In this document: one piece after another, positions 39,801 through 51,800 of the stretch | Numbering within the stretch: the first letter of the stretch is position 1 | Layout: the number at the start of each line of letters is the position of its first letter | NCBI GenBank assembly: GCA_002633005.1 | Contig: NMRA01000085.1 | Span: 612,619 to 676,618 of the forward strand | Direction of reading: 5' to 3' | Source: Phoronis australis | Taxonomy: Eukaryota; Animalia; Phoronida | DNA length: 64,000 nt | The notes under the pieces: generated by a model | What the model saw: only the letters and a program-made list of their open reading frames with translations | The model's database searches: none | What the model was told of the DNA's origin: nothing | Made by a program: the position numbers and the translations under genes

Positions 39801-42800
39801 AGTCCGTGCTTGAGTAGCATCCCCCCCTCTGGCTTCGTTGCACCGTCATTAAGATTACAAAAAGCTGAAACGAAGCGATTCTGCATGAGTACAAGTCGAC
39901 GTTAATACAACTGCAAGGCTACAATACCTTAATCATTGCAAACAACATACGTGATCATACGTGACTCATTACTATTGCTTGGTCACAACAACAACGTCTT
40001 AATCAGTGGTAAAAACTTGATCAGAAATGCCTCGTCGTTGTCTGGTCACGACACCAATGTCTTAATCAGTGCTAACGACATGATAAAACGTGACTCGTTA
40101 CCAGTGTCTGGTCACGATGACCATGCCTTAATCAGTGCCAAGAACGTGATCAAACATGACTCATTGTCGTTGTTTGGTCACAATGTCTTAATCAGGGCTA
40201 ACAACATGATAAGACGTGACTCATTAACGTTGGTTGGTCACAACCGCAATAATCAACACAGTGACAGAAAACGTGTGCACCTAAAAACTATTGCAAAACG
40301 AACATAGGTGACAACTGAAGAAATCCTCTACTCTGCAAAACGCGCCGCCTGTGTCTATGAGCGGGTACTTCGTCACTGAACCCCGTAGCTGAGGAAATGT
40401 TGGGATTTCTGTTTTTTGCAACTATTTTTCAACCCATTCTGCATGTAGAAAGGGCTGTTGCCTATTCTGACATCAATAGTAATGATACAAATTCCAAAGA
40501 AAACGCCAAGTGCTGAATAAAGGTTTAGCCAGGTAATTACGAGTGCATCACAGTCCAGAATTAATTTATGGAAATTATCTCAATAACTAGCAGTTACCCG
40601 TGTATTGTAGAGGCTGCACCATTGCTCTGGTGAGATTCGATTACTTTCCACAAATAATTGTGTGCAGCGCAAGACTAAAGTGACTCAAATCTTTAGGTCA
40701 CTTTTCATGACACCAATCTCTGGTACTGGTGTCTGATATAACCAGTTTGGTGCTAGTTATTCAGTGGAGAAAACTGGTTCTCATAGTTCTCATAATTCGG
40801 TCACGTTATATCAGACCATTACCCGTGTCTCTACTAACTCTTCACCAACGACGATCGCAGCTGAATTACCGGATCAGAATTCCAGTGACCTTTAACCTAC
40901 CTTTACATGCCCAGACTTTCTAGGTAGTCGGCAATCACCCCCACACCTTTGTTCACGTTGCCCTGCTGACAACCTTCTGCAGTGTGACCGATGACCACAG
41001 CTGTGAACAGAAAACGGGGTGAGTGAAGAGAGCAACGGAAAACTGGATTTGCCACCTTGCTGTCAGGACATTTGAGTGGTGTTGGTTCACTCACACCACA
41101 ATGAATACATTGGTCACTGGAAATGAAGTTACTCAAATAAATCGGGACACTTCCGCAGTTACCGCAAATGTTTCAGGAACACCTCGTCGCCAAATCACTC
41201 GATACAACGTGTGAGTTATCTATTTAGCACACTATAACGACTGGGGACCAGTTGCTCATTTGGATGTAGCCTAAGCTGCCGTGTCAACTCAAGACCGCTA
41301 TGGTAAATATTCTCTAGTTTGAGACAGGCTCTAAAATATGGGACACTGAAATTCAAGCAGAGTTTGATTTTCTTGATTCTGAAGATTGAAATATTGGCGA
41401 TTATACCGTTCAGGGAATTTCTCAAACATGGTGTTTAGTAGGAACAGGGTCTCTAAGTATACTTGCCTGTTCATCAAATCATCAGAAATAGCTGACGGTG
41501 CAACATTTTCATGCATCCCTATAGTGCGCAACATCAAGGTAAATGATTTTTTTTTGTTAAACGTTAACACACTCACCAGACTTGGAGGCCTGACATGTCA
41601 AGGCACCATAGTCTTTCTTTTTGGCTAGCACAGTTTTCATATCCTCCTCTCGCAGATACTGGTATTTTACACTTTCACAGTGGATGCCACTGGCCTGAAA
41701 CGCTGTGAAGTCCTTGCTTTTGAAAGCCTTTGCTATGTTACTGGCCTCCGTTGCACTCAGTTTTAGAGCCTGAAAAAAGAGCATAACACTTAAGCACTTT
41801 CTGTGGTAATGATATAACGCGAATGTTAACCACTTGTGTCCACACCGAAGCATTGTTACGCCTGTCATCTGGTTTTGTTTGTTCAAGTGATAAAAGCCAC
41901 ATTTTTTTGTCCGATTGGCATGAACTGAATCGTTACGCCAAATCTGAGCATGCGCATAAAATATGGAGTAAACAGAGGAACGTGGGTATCGTTTGCCAGC
42001 AGTTCACTTAGGCATCTCAATTCTTTCATTTCTGGCTCTTGCCATCGAGGTTTGACGACCTTAGTTCTCGTTTGGAGACTTGAGAATTTTGCCAGGTCGT
42101 ATTTGGCTTGTTGTCATTATGCTAAGTGTCGAGGCAAGTCTTACGTTTTATTAGAAAAGGTGCGTCAATGGGTACTACTTCCTACGAAAGCTTACAAACG
42201 GCATATTGTCCTGCGAGGCCTCACCACAGACAACAGGAGTCAGTATTCCAGGCACGAAAGCTCCAACGGAACCTGGAGTCTTCATCACCAAAGCCTTGTT
42301 ATGCACATTTCCCATACTCAGCACAAAAGGAATCTCTACTCACATTGGCATGTCCTGCAGTGGTCCACTGAGACCCATCTAGACCAATTATGCATGCTTT
42401 GTCACAGTGGGCAGTTCCAGAGGCGTCTTTTGTTTGGGCAATGAGGTTGTCAATGTACGAATCCCAAGACATTGTGTAGAGCCTGGCCTGCAAAGAAAAT
42501 GAAGACCCATCATTGTCATGTGTATCACGATGTCCAGATATCCAGCCACAGGCTTGGTACACCCAACTAACAAGCAAAGCATCAGGGCTTGGAATGACGA
42601 ATGACAAAAAAAGCAAAATTTTCCACAAAAAAGGCTTGCGTGACAAATAATTTTGTGTTGTAAATTTTAACTGAAATACTCGTTTTGGCAGGGATGAAGT
42701 CAAAATAATGATAAAAAAGAGACGAAAAACAGGAAACTGGAAATCAAATAAGAGGAAACCGAAACTAAAAAAGAGGAAATTCTCTTAAAAGAGGAAAAAT

Positions 42801-45800
42801 CCAAGCCCTAAAAAATACACAAAAGAAAGGTTTATGTGAACCTTTCATTGAACCTGCACATTGGTCTATTACTAAACATATACACAAGTACAGCCAAAAA
42901 CACATGGACACACACACAAACAAACATACACGTTGTCATCCATTGACTTGGTTGTTGTCTTGAAAAGATTTTTAGCCAGCTGCTCCAGAACAATGATATT
43001 CACTTAAATTACCAATTTTTTTTTAAATAAAATGTATGTTTGCATGTAAAATTATCCATTATTTTTAAAAAATGGCATAAATACGGTATATTTTTTGTAC
43101 TTAGACACATATATATATATAAAATAAAAAGTCTTATTAATGAATACCTATCTTTGCGAACACCCTTGCCAGAACTCATTGTCACTCAAAACGAATTCAG
43201 AACAGTCTCGAATGCGAAAGAATTTCCCACCACTAACCATCACAGGCTTTGACAAGTTGTGTTACAATGCCCTTTGACCTCTTGGATCATTTCCAATAAG
43301 GGCCTATTTCACAAAGACCAGGTAAATGATTGGGAATTTTGAACATCCTGGTCAGGAGATAAAAACCAAATTTTTCTAGACAATATTTTTCTAGACATGG
43401 CAATTGTATGCCACAACACCCAACACAAGCTAGGCTGGAGCGGTATTGGTCCGCTTCAATTTCACCTTTTTTCACACTTTGTGTTCAGGCATCATCCACA
43501 GTGTCTCTACCTGAAGAGGCCCAAGCTTAAAACTTGATTCAAAAGCGAATAATTCAAAAAGGAAGCAACTGAAACATATCTGTTTGGCCAGTCACTGTTA
43601 ACAGTATCTTAACAGCAGCTTTGAGCTTATTGTTGGGCAGCTATCGCTGGTCACCTGACACTGTGCGATAACACCATTGTGTGAGACAGATAGAGAAGGA
43701 TGGTTCATGTCATGATTTAGTTTAGCAGCTGATAAATGACACACGACTCTCTGACCTCCAATTATTTAGCTACATAGGACTTGCTCACCACATCTTCCTG
43801 ACATTTGTTTTGTCTTGATATCTATCACTTAGGTCATATGACCTGTTGCCAAAGTTCTGAATCAAGGACACCTTGGCCAATCTGAGGTCCAATAGCTTTC
43901 ACAGCAGGGCAACAAACAAGGTTCTTGCCAAAGCATTCAAGATTACATACAAGGTTAAAAAACGAGGTCTTCCTTGCATTGCTTCCTAAGCTCTTTTGAT
44001 AGATGCCACCCCCCACAGGGTGTTGGTGGTAGACTAAAATGAGATTTCAAGTGCAGTAATGGCATGTATAGGTGTAGAGTGTGTATGCGTGCGTGTGTGT
44101 AAGGGCAGAAAATAGTTAAATTACCCGTAGGTCCCCCAAATTGACCCCATGCCATCTTTTTCTAAAATGATCCCAGGATACTAAACTGATTTCTAAGATT
44201 CAACACGTGGAGTTCGGACAAAACAAACTTTCATTTTTAGTGATAATTTCATTCAATTATACATGTTTCTACCTTGTAGTGTAACAGGCCAGGCAACAGA
44301 AGAATTAGCCTAGTTAACTAAACACAGCTTCCTTGGTGTTGGGTTTGTTTGATCTTCGCACATTATCTAATATTTTGGTCCTTTCTCAGTGAGGGACAAT
44401 ACTAAGACCACAGTATTACAGGAATAGACAAATATTCAGTGCAGACAGAATATTGCTAGATTTATTCCTATAGTATAACGTGTTAGGCCACAGCAAGCAA
44501 TTTGCCCATGGCCAGTAACAAAAGCTTAGTGCTCCTCTAAATTTTTAAGAAATGTTGCATGAAGTATTGGAGTTCCCTGCTACTTTATGCTTCAAATAGA
44601 GACTTTAACTTCCTAGCAAGTTGGAGATTTTGTCGGGGTCAGTTCCTGAATTGGGAGTTTATCAGGGAAGTTGCCTGCCACTATGCCTCTCCTATCAGAC
44701 TGTAACGTACCTACTTGTCATAGTACAGACGTAATTATAGGCAAACGACTGCACTATCATGCAGCATATATTTACAATAAGAACAAAACACATCAGTTGC
44801 ATGTACAGTTCACCTTTAACTTCATGCTCTCTCGTTTATATGGCCATCTTTATACAGTTTACTGAAATACAGATGGCAAATTTCTAAGTTATATGTCGCT
44901 GTCAGAGTTGTTGAAACAAGGCACTTATACAGTACTAGCACGCAGTAAAGCTTTGCTTCGATTTCAGAACCTCTGTCTGAGGAAACCGGAATTAAGCCAA
45001 GGCTTGTCTAAGTGTTCACTTATTTAGCGCACACTATGGCGGACAAATCTTAATCTACTTCTGTCAAATTTCTCCTCAAAAAATAAAGATTAAGAACATT
45101 TTTGTCAGTTACTAGCAAGCCGTGTACCGTGCATATGGCATAAAACAAGTTTTAATAAAATTTCCCCTACTTGCAGTAAAGTAATGAAAAATGACAATAA
45201 TTTATGGTAAAATTAAGTGGCGAACTATTGCGGTTTCTCATCCGAACCTCTTGAGCTTTATATTTTAACTTCGCACACTGCTTTTTTAAAGTCATTATTG
45301 CAAGGGGTCAAAGGGGTGGCAGACATTACCAACATCAAACAAATGCACCTCTGCTAAATTACTTTGCAGAAGACATAACCCTGGGCTAGCAAACAAACCA
45401 GCCTCACTTTCATTGGTAGAGAGGGGATGACCTAGATTGACCAAACAAAACATTTAGTGGGCCTAACAACCTGGTAAGGGCCAGTGCCTAGTGTTGACAG
45501 TAAACCAAGTGTGAATTTCACAGAAGCGGTCCTTAGCTTGTCATTAACAGGAGTATAAAAAGGAAAAATAAATATCTCATAGTTGAAAAGATAAGAGTTT
45601 TCTTTGCAGTTTTCACAAACAGAAATTGAGCTTAATCACATCCTTAACCACAGAGAAAGGGGGTTGAGGACCAACATGCACCTCAGCATGACCCATCCCC
45701 GATGTACTCAATGGGTGGCATTATGGCAAAATCAAATCTTAAGCTCCAGTCCCACTTTAGGCAGATTTGTGTGTACAGTTCTGATTTAGTCATGCCTCTC

Positions 45801-48800
45801 TCTCACACCTCAATGGACAAAAGTGTTGCTGCTACTTGCATGCTGTGACCTCTACGTGATCTGTTCTTTAACTTTTAGCCGCATTTCATTTTATTTCTAC
45901 CCAAGTGATCACACAGTTCTCCACAAGTGAAAACCCAAATGTGTCAGAAACCAGAAACACCAAGGATTATAAACTAATGTACGCCCAGTGGCTAATCTTT
46001 TCCATACTACAGAGAACTTGCAGTCCACAATTTCTTTATCTCTTTCATAAACTACTTCAGTTGGCCAGTTGTTGCCAAGCCTAAAGTAATATACATTGTT
46101 ACGTAACAGTGACAACTGGTTTTACCAAACTGGGGACCCTTTTCATAAAAGCAGGTCACAAGTCATTGAAACAGATCCAAAGTACAGGTGACATGTGGGA
46201 ACATTGGATTAGTATCAAAATATAGCTGTCCTTTTATGTACACCATCCTACATGTATGTCACTTTGTGTTCTGTTCTAGTGTTGCTATTTGAAGGATTGA
46301 CAAATAGTCCTGGTATTTGAAGAAAGTCAAATTTGTAAACAGGCAGCAGTTCATTCCTTCCCTAAGGTGACATTGTTTTTTTCTAGTGAAATGTAGTTGT
46401 GTCGTTATTCATAAAAAATTCAGGCAACCCACAATCTATCACTTTTATCCTGTCTATCACTTTATTTCTAGTAGAATGGAGTTTGCTAATCTACAAAACT
46501 GAATGTTAGGTTTGTTAAAATGGAATTTTCAGTTCAAATACATCCTTTCATGAATCCTGCATATCTGAGGCCTGGGCAAGACCAGTACAGCACTGAAGAT
46601 ACGTACAATGCTTATAGTACCCAGAAGGCTTTGGTCTCAATACCTCCAAGTGTGATCTACTTTCCCTCTTTTAACCTTAAAACTAATTATGTACTGTCAG
46701 AGGCTGGCCTACCAGATTCATGAAGAGAAGTGAAACAACAGTTGCTTCACTCCCGAAACTCTAGACTCAGTTGGTATTCGGTAACCGACTTTATTAACTA
46801 GCAACGAATTGTGCATAGGGTGGAAGCCAGCACTTCATAACTACCTTTCAACCTTAACTGTCTGCACATCAATCACTTTCATAACACATCAACAGAAACA
46901 GTGACAGTCATTTATATCACAATCCTACAATTACTCTATCGTCTTACTTATATCAAGTCAGATTATCTCCCCATGTACCTGGATGTGGCATTTTTAGACA
47001 AAAGGCATAGCATTATCTTACAAAGTAATGCCAATTGGTAAGTTTTTCTGTTTCTCTTTCTCGTAAATAGTCTCCATGTCTTAACTATTTCTGAGCAAAC
47101 TCTGGAAATGTCAATTTCCATGACACGTCTCGCAATTGGGGGTGAGTCGCCTCGTGGACGAGACAGTCTCACCACCTGGTGGCTGCACTAACACTAGCCT
47201 TTGGATTGGGGTTTGTTGCACGGCACGATACGCCCGACATAATTGCACCAGCCCAACACATAAGCTCTGAACTACAGTTGAAATTAAAGACTAGATTCTT
47301 CCACACAGACAAACATTGACTGGCAAAGAATTACAACTCAAGCTCATTGAATTTGAAACCATCACGAGACTTTTCAGAACTTTCTTATAACATTTAATAC
47401 ATACCCAAATAGAACACGACTTTATTTTCCCCCCGACATGTTTCGAGGTGCACTCCTCATTCTCAAGGTACAAGAACCAGCATGATGTAAAGGTCAAGGT
47501 AACATGCTGGTTCTTGTACCTTTCAGAATGAGGAGTGTATCTACGTACATGTCAGTAAAATGAAGTTGTGTACTACTTGGCTATTTATTAAATGCGCGAC
47601 TGTGCTTCTGCTGGCCAGGTCTTTCTCATAACAATATTACTGCCACGAACATTTCAATCACACCTTCTGTAAAGATTACACAGAGGAAGTAGCCTTTATC
47701 TACTGTGAATACTAAGTAACTCTCCTCCCAACTCAATTACAAAACAAAATTGGGAACATTAACTCCACATTACTTATGTTCTGGCCAAAACAACCATTTT
47801 AGGGTCAGGCTAGTTGTGTATTCCGCAGTACACATTTGATAGACACATTTGATCAAAAGGTACACCACTAGCCCCTCAGTGCTTTCACATCACCAACAGA
47901 CTGGCTACGCAGGACCCCCAGCTGGTATGCTAATGAGCGAGTCCACGCAGAGTGCACTGTCAACTACCATGAATCACAGTCATCCAGATCACCTCCACAA
48001 GAACAACACCTGTATCACAACCTCTTGACAGACATTACAATACATGTCTGGGCTCACTACAGTGATTAATGAAACCATCATAAGTGCAACTGATATGTCG
48101 GCAATAAAACTGTTATCACCTTTCAGGAGTTGCTAACTAGCAATGGGTTTGCTTAGATGCTTGCATGCCTGGGTCTCACCAGCGTAAAAACTGTCCACAT
48201 ATTTTTCAACCTGTCTGAAACAACAGCTTCTAGTTGTAGTTTCCTCACAAATGTAATTAGCCAGATAGTTTACAGAGCTTTCCTCGCACAGACACTGAAT
48301 AAATATAAAGAAAACACCGTGTAATCAATGACTGCCGCCTTGCACACTAAGCATGTTCAAGAACACATCCTCAACCAGATCTGACTAACGGACAATCCCC
48401 ACAAAAGCTCCCGTCAAGTACAATCACACACTTCCACCTCTAGTCTATAGTACTTTCACTTGCTAAAGCCAGCGTTTTGAAGCTGCAAAACACCTTTGGC
48501 TTTAACGTGTGATGACTAATATCACACATTCCCCAGTTTCAGATCTCCAGTTACTTAGCTTTGTTTTGAATAAGGAAATTTCAACCCAAACAAAAGTAGA
48601 AAGAAATAGAAGGACGGTGAGGAGTCGTTTGCTCCATTTGACATTAACTGAGGCTGAGCAGAGAATGCCTCTCCACACAAAGGTATTTACACACGAGTGT
48701 CACTCCCTGAGAAACGCAGCAGGATGCGTTTCCATTACATTTTCCTTGTGCGTATATATTTAGCCATCATAAAATGTTCATATCAATTTATAAACCATAT

Positions 48801-51800
48801 TTTTTAAACGACCCTTATACTTTAATAGAAACTACTTAAGGGCGTATAAGCATTAAACATTCATAAACAGATGCATTACAAGCAAACCAGGATGCTGGGA
48901 GACTAGAGTCTACTCCTTAGACAGCACCACCTCGCATCATTCTTACTTGTAACTGCCCAGAACATTTCTTCATAAAAAGACTAAGCTGTCACAAGATTCA
49001 GTTCAATCAGCTACTCCCAACATGCTAGTTTTTTATGCCTCCGTAGTTGACGAACGCTATATTTACCCCCTGACCTATATTTACCCCCTGCCGTGTGGAA
49101 GTTAATGTGGTAGTGTAAACGTGTCAAGACTTTAAAGTCAAATGTTATTGACGGAATTCATTAAATGTCCATCAGGGATATTATTGAGACGCATCACGCA
49201 TTTCCCTGGCAGTACAGTCGTATTTCAGTTATGCGTCCATTCTCAAGAAATGTTCGCAAATAAATTAACATTTTTACTTGAACAAGAAATGAATTTGCGG
49301 TTTTTAAGGAGGAGCAATTTTCACTTCAACGTAACCTCATTGTACTAATAATGGATTTGTAAAGCTGAATGTTAAGCTGGTTAAGTGTGTGTCATGGAAT
49401 TTTGTTTGTAGAACTGTTGTCATGTGCTAGGTATGCGGGCTTAGTTGAACACAAAGTTCACAGACCAGTGCTGCCAGCTGTGATAAGTAACCCGATAGTA
49501 TTAGTGTGGAAGCTCTTCATTAGCTCTACACTAGAAAAACAGTCAAATGACATGTCTTTTGTTAAGTTATGGGTTATTCAATTTCAGAGTCCTAAAACTC
49601 AAAAATTCAGTACAAAGCTAGGAGTTCAAACTCTGTGCTGGGCATACTGTGTTGTAAAACACAAACCGGTGTGCTTTGTAGGCAAGGCAATGGCAAACAA
49701 ATGACTCAGTTTTGGAAAATAAAAATTTATCGCTCAATACCACTGGGAACTAATGTCAAGGTAATCCAAAAACAATATTCTTCATTCTTCCCATGTAACG
49801 CAATGTATTAACTAGCTGTGGAGAACACTGGTCAGACAAGTATTCAGGTTTCTTTCTAATAAATTAGTTCACTCATCAAAATAATCATTAACCAGGCATT
49901 CAAAACAGTAGCAGTCAAAACACTGCAGCCTATTCGATTTAAACATATTGGTCAGAGGATTTAAAGACATTGATGAACGTATCCTTCCACACTCAGAACA
50001 TACATGGCACTGGTCGGATATAGCGGTCCCGGATTTAGAGAACCAGGCAGTCACTGAATAATGGGCCAGTTTAGCAGACGAAACTAGTTCTCTAAATCAG
50101 GGACCACAATATTCGGCCAGAGCCAACGTGTATTTAGTTAAGTGACAAATTAGGTGGAATTACCCTTAAGACTTACGAAGCTCATGGAGTATTAGGATGT
50201 GGGACAGTTTGGGATATGATATCCACTCAAGCAGAAAGTAATAACTTTAAAGAGTACATTTTAATGAGACTTCCCTTACACCAGTTAAGGAAAACACCTC
50301 GTTATAAACCCAAAATGAAATTACTGCCTATTTGAAATTAGAAGTTTTACGATAGTGGATTGGCGATTCCAGTCGAAAATGAACAAAGTATAACAAATAG
50401 GTCGAAATACTTTTCCAATCACATAGGTTGGGTTATCTACAGATTCAACACTGATAGGAAGCCAAAGGCATTACGGATGAATAGCCGCCATCACTGATCA
50501 CCATGGAGGAAATTAGTCGGTCCCTAAGAATATGGGCGGGGACAGTCAGTGCCAACTGAATTGTCTTCGACGGTCGTAATATTTGACCGCAGGTATATTT
50601 TTGTTTAGCTGAAGAGTTGACTAAGTTATGGGTTCCGTACATGTGAGAAAAGTGATGAATGTCAACCAAGTTTACTCACCTAATGAGATGAGCAAAACTA
50701 AAAAATTCAAGAGGAAGTTGTCCACTCAATGAACCGGTCCCGAATTGACCTACAAAAAGAAAGTTCATATTTTAACATCAAATACACCATGCCTGTAGAT
50801 AACAGGTACATATGCTATTAAAGAGAACATTCAAATTGCCATTTCAACTGAATACAGGACTGTTGCGGAAGCAGCTCATTGTTAAATAATCAAGAGGAAT
50901 GAGGCGGCGTGACCATACTCACCAAAAGTACGAGATGCAGTGAACAAGATGGCCGTCGAGACATCTAGTGTAGTTTTATATGATTGAATAATTTTTTAAA
51001 CGTTGTTTCTTATACAATCTAAAAGGATGTTTTAATGTGCATTTTAAGTTAAAAGAAATAAGAAATTATATGAATTTTATGGTTTTTTATTCTACAGCGG
51101 GAATGTGCTTATTATTTCGTAATTTTATTCATTAGCGCATCAGTTAACAAGACCAACTCGGTTAGACGAATCATTAGAAAATCTGAGCCAATGAAATCAC
51201 ACACCTTGGTACAAGAGGCTCACTGTGGGGATTTATATCACATGCTCTCGCGTTGCGGGTTTTTGCAAGCTTCAAAAGTTTGAAATTGCATTCCTAACCT
51301 AGTTTACACTTGAAAGTGCAACGATTTGCCGTTCATACACTAAACTAGTAATTTTTAAAGTGGAAAGAATCGGATATTCAAGTGTTTTTCACTTCTGGCG
51401 CCCAAATGAGTCATGTCTTTTCCGGAAAGGGTCCTAACGGGGTTTTACTCAGTTTGTGCAGTGCAGCTTGGATGACCAACGGGTTGGCCATCTTCTTGTT
51501 TTTGAGTATTCGCATGTTCATTGGCATATTTTTTATTAACATGGGGTACGCGTGTAACCACTCAGACAATGCTAGAATAGCAGGGGCGGTAAAACAGTAT
51601 GGACCCGATGGAGATGACCCTGAGACAATCGGCCGAATCCTGCAGGGTAGCCCGGTGAAACAACTAAGTCGGGAAAACCACTGCATGCCTGCTAGTGGTT
51701 GGGGGTCGAGATTTTCTGAATAGGAAGCTTTAATTGGTGTGGACACGCCGATTAGTATATACTTGTAGATATATGTGGCTGCCGAATACACTGAAATAAA

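Noticed and set aside
39936-40307. 123-aa ORF with 21-aa repeats
   Set aside because: By-product of a 63-bp minisatellite; TTG start and no splice or domain support.
51420-51450. Telomerase RNA, 7SK or SRP RNA candidate
   Set aside because: No CCCTAA-type template and no 7SK or 7SL terminal motifs.
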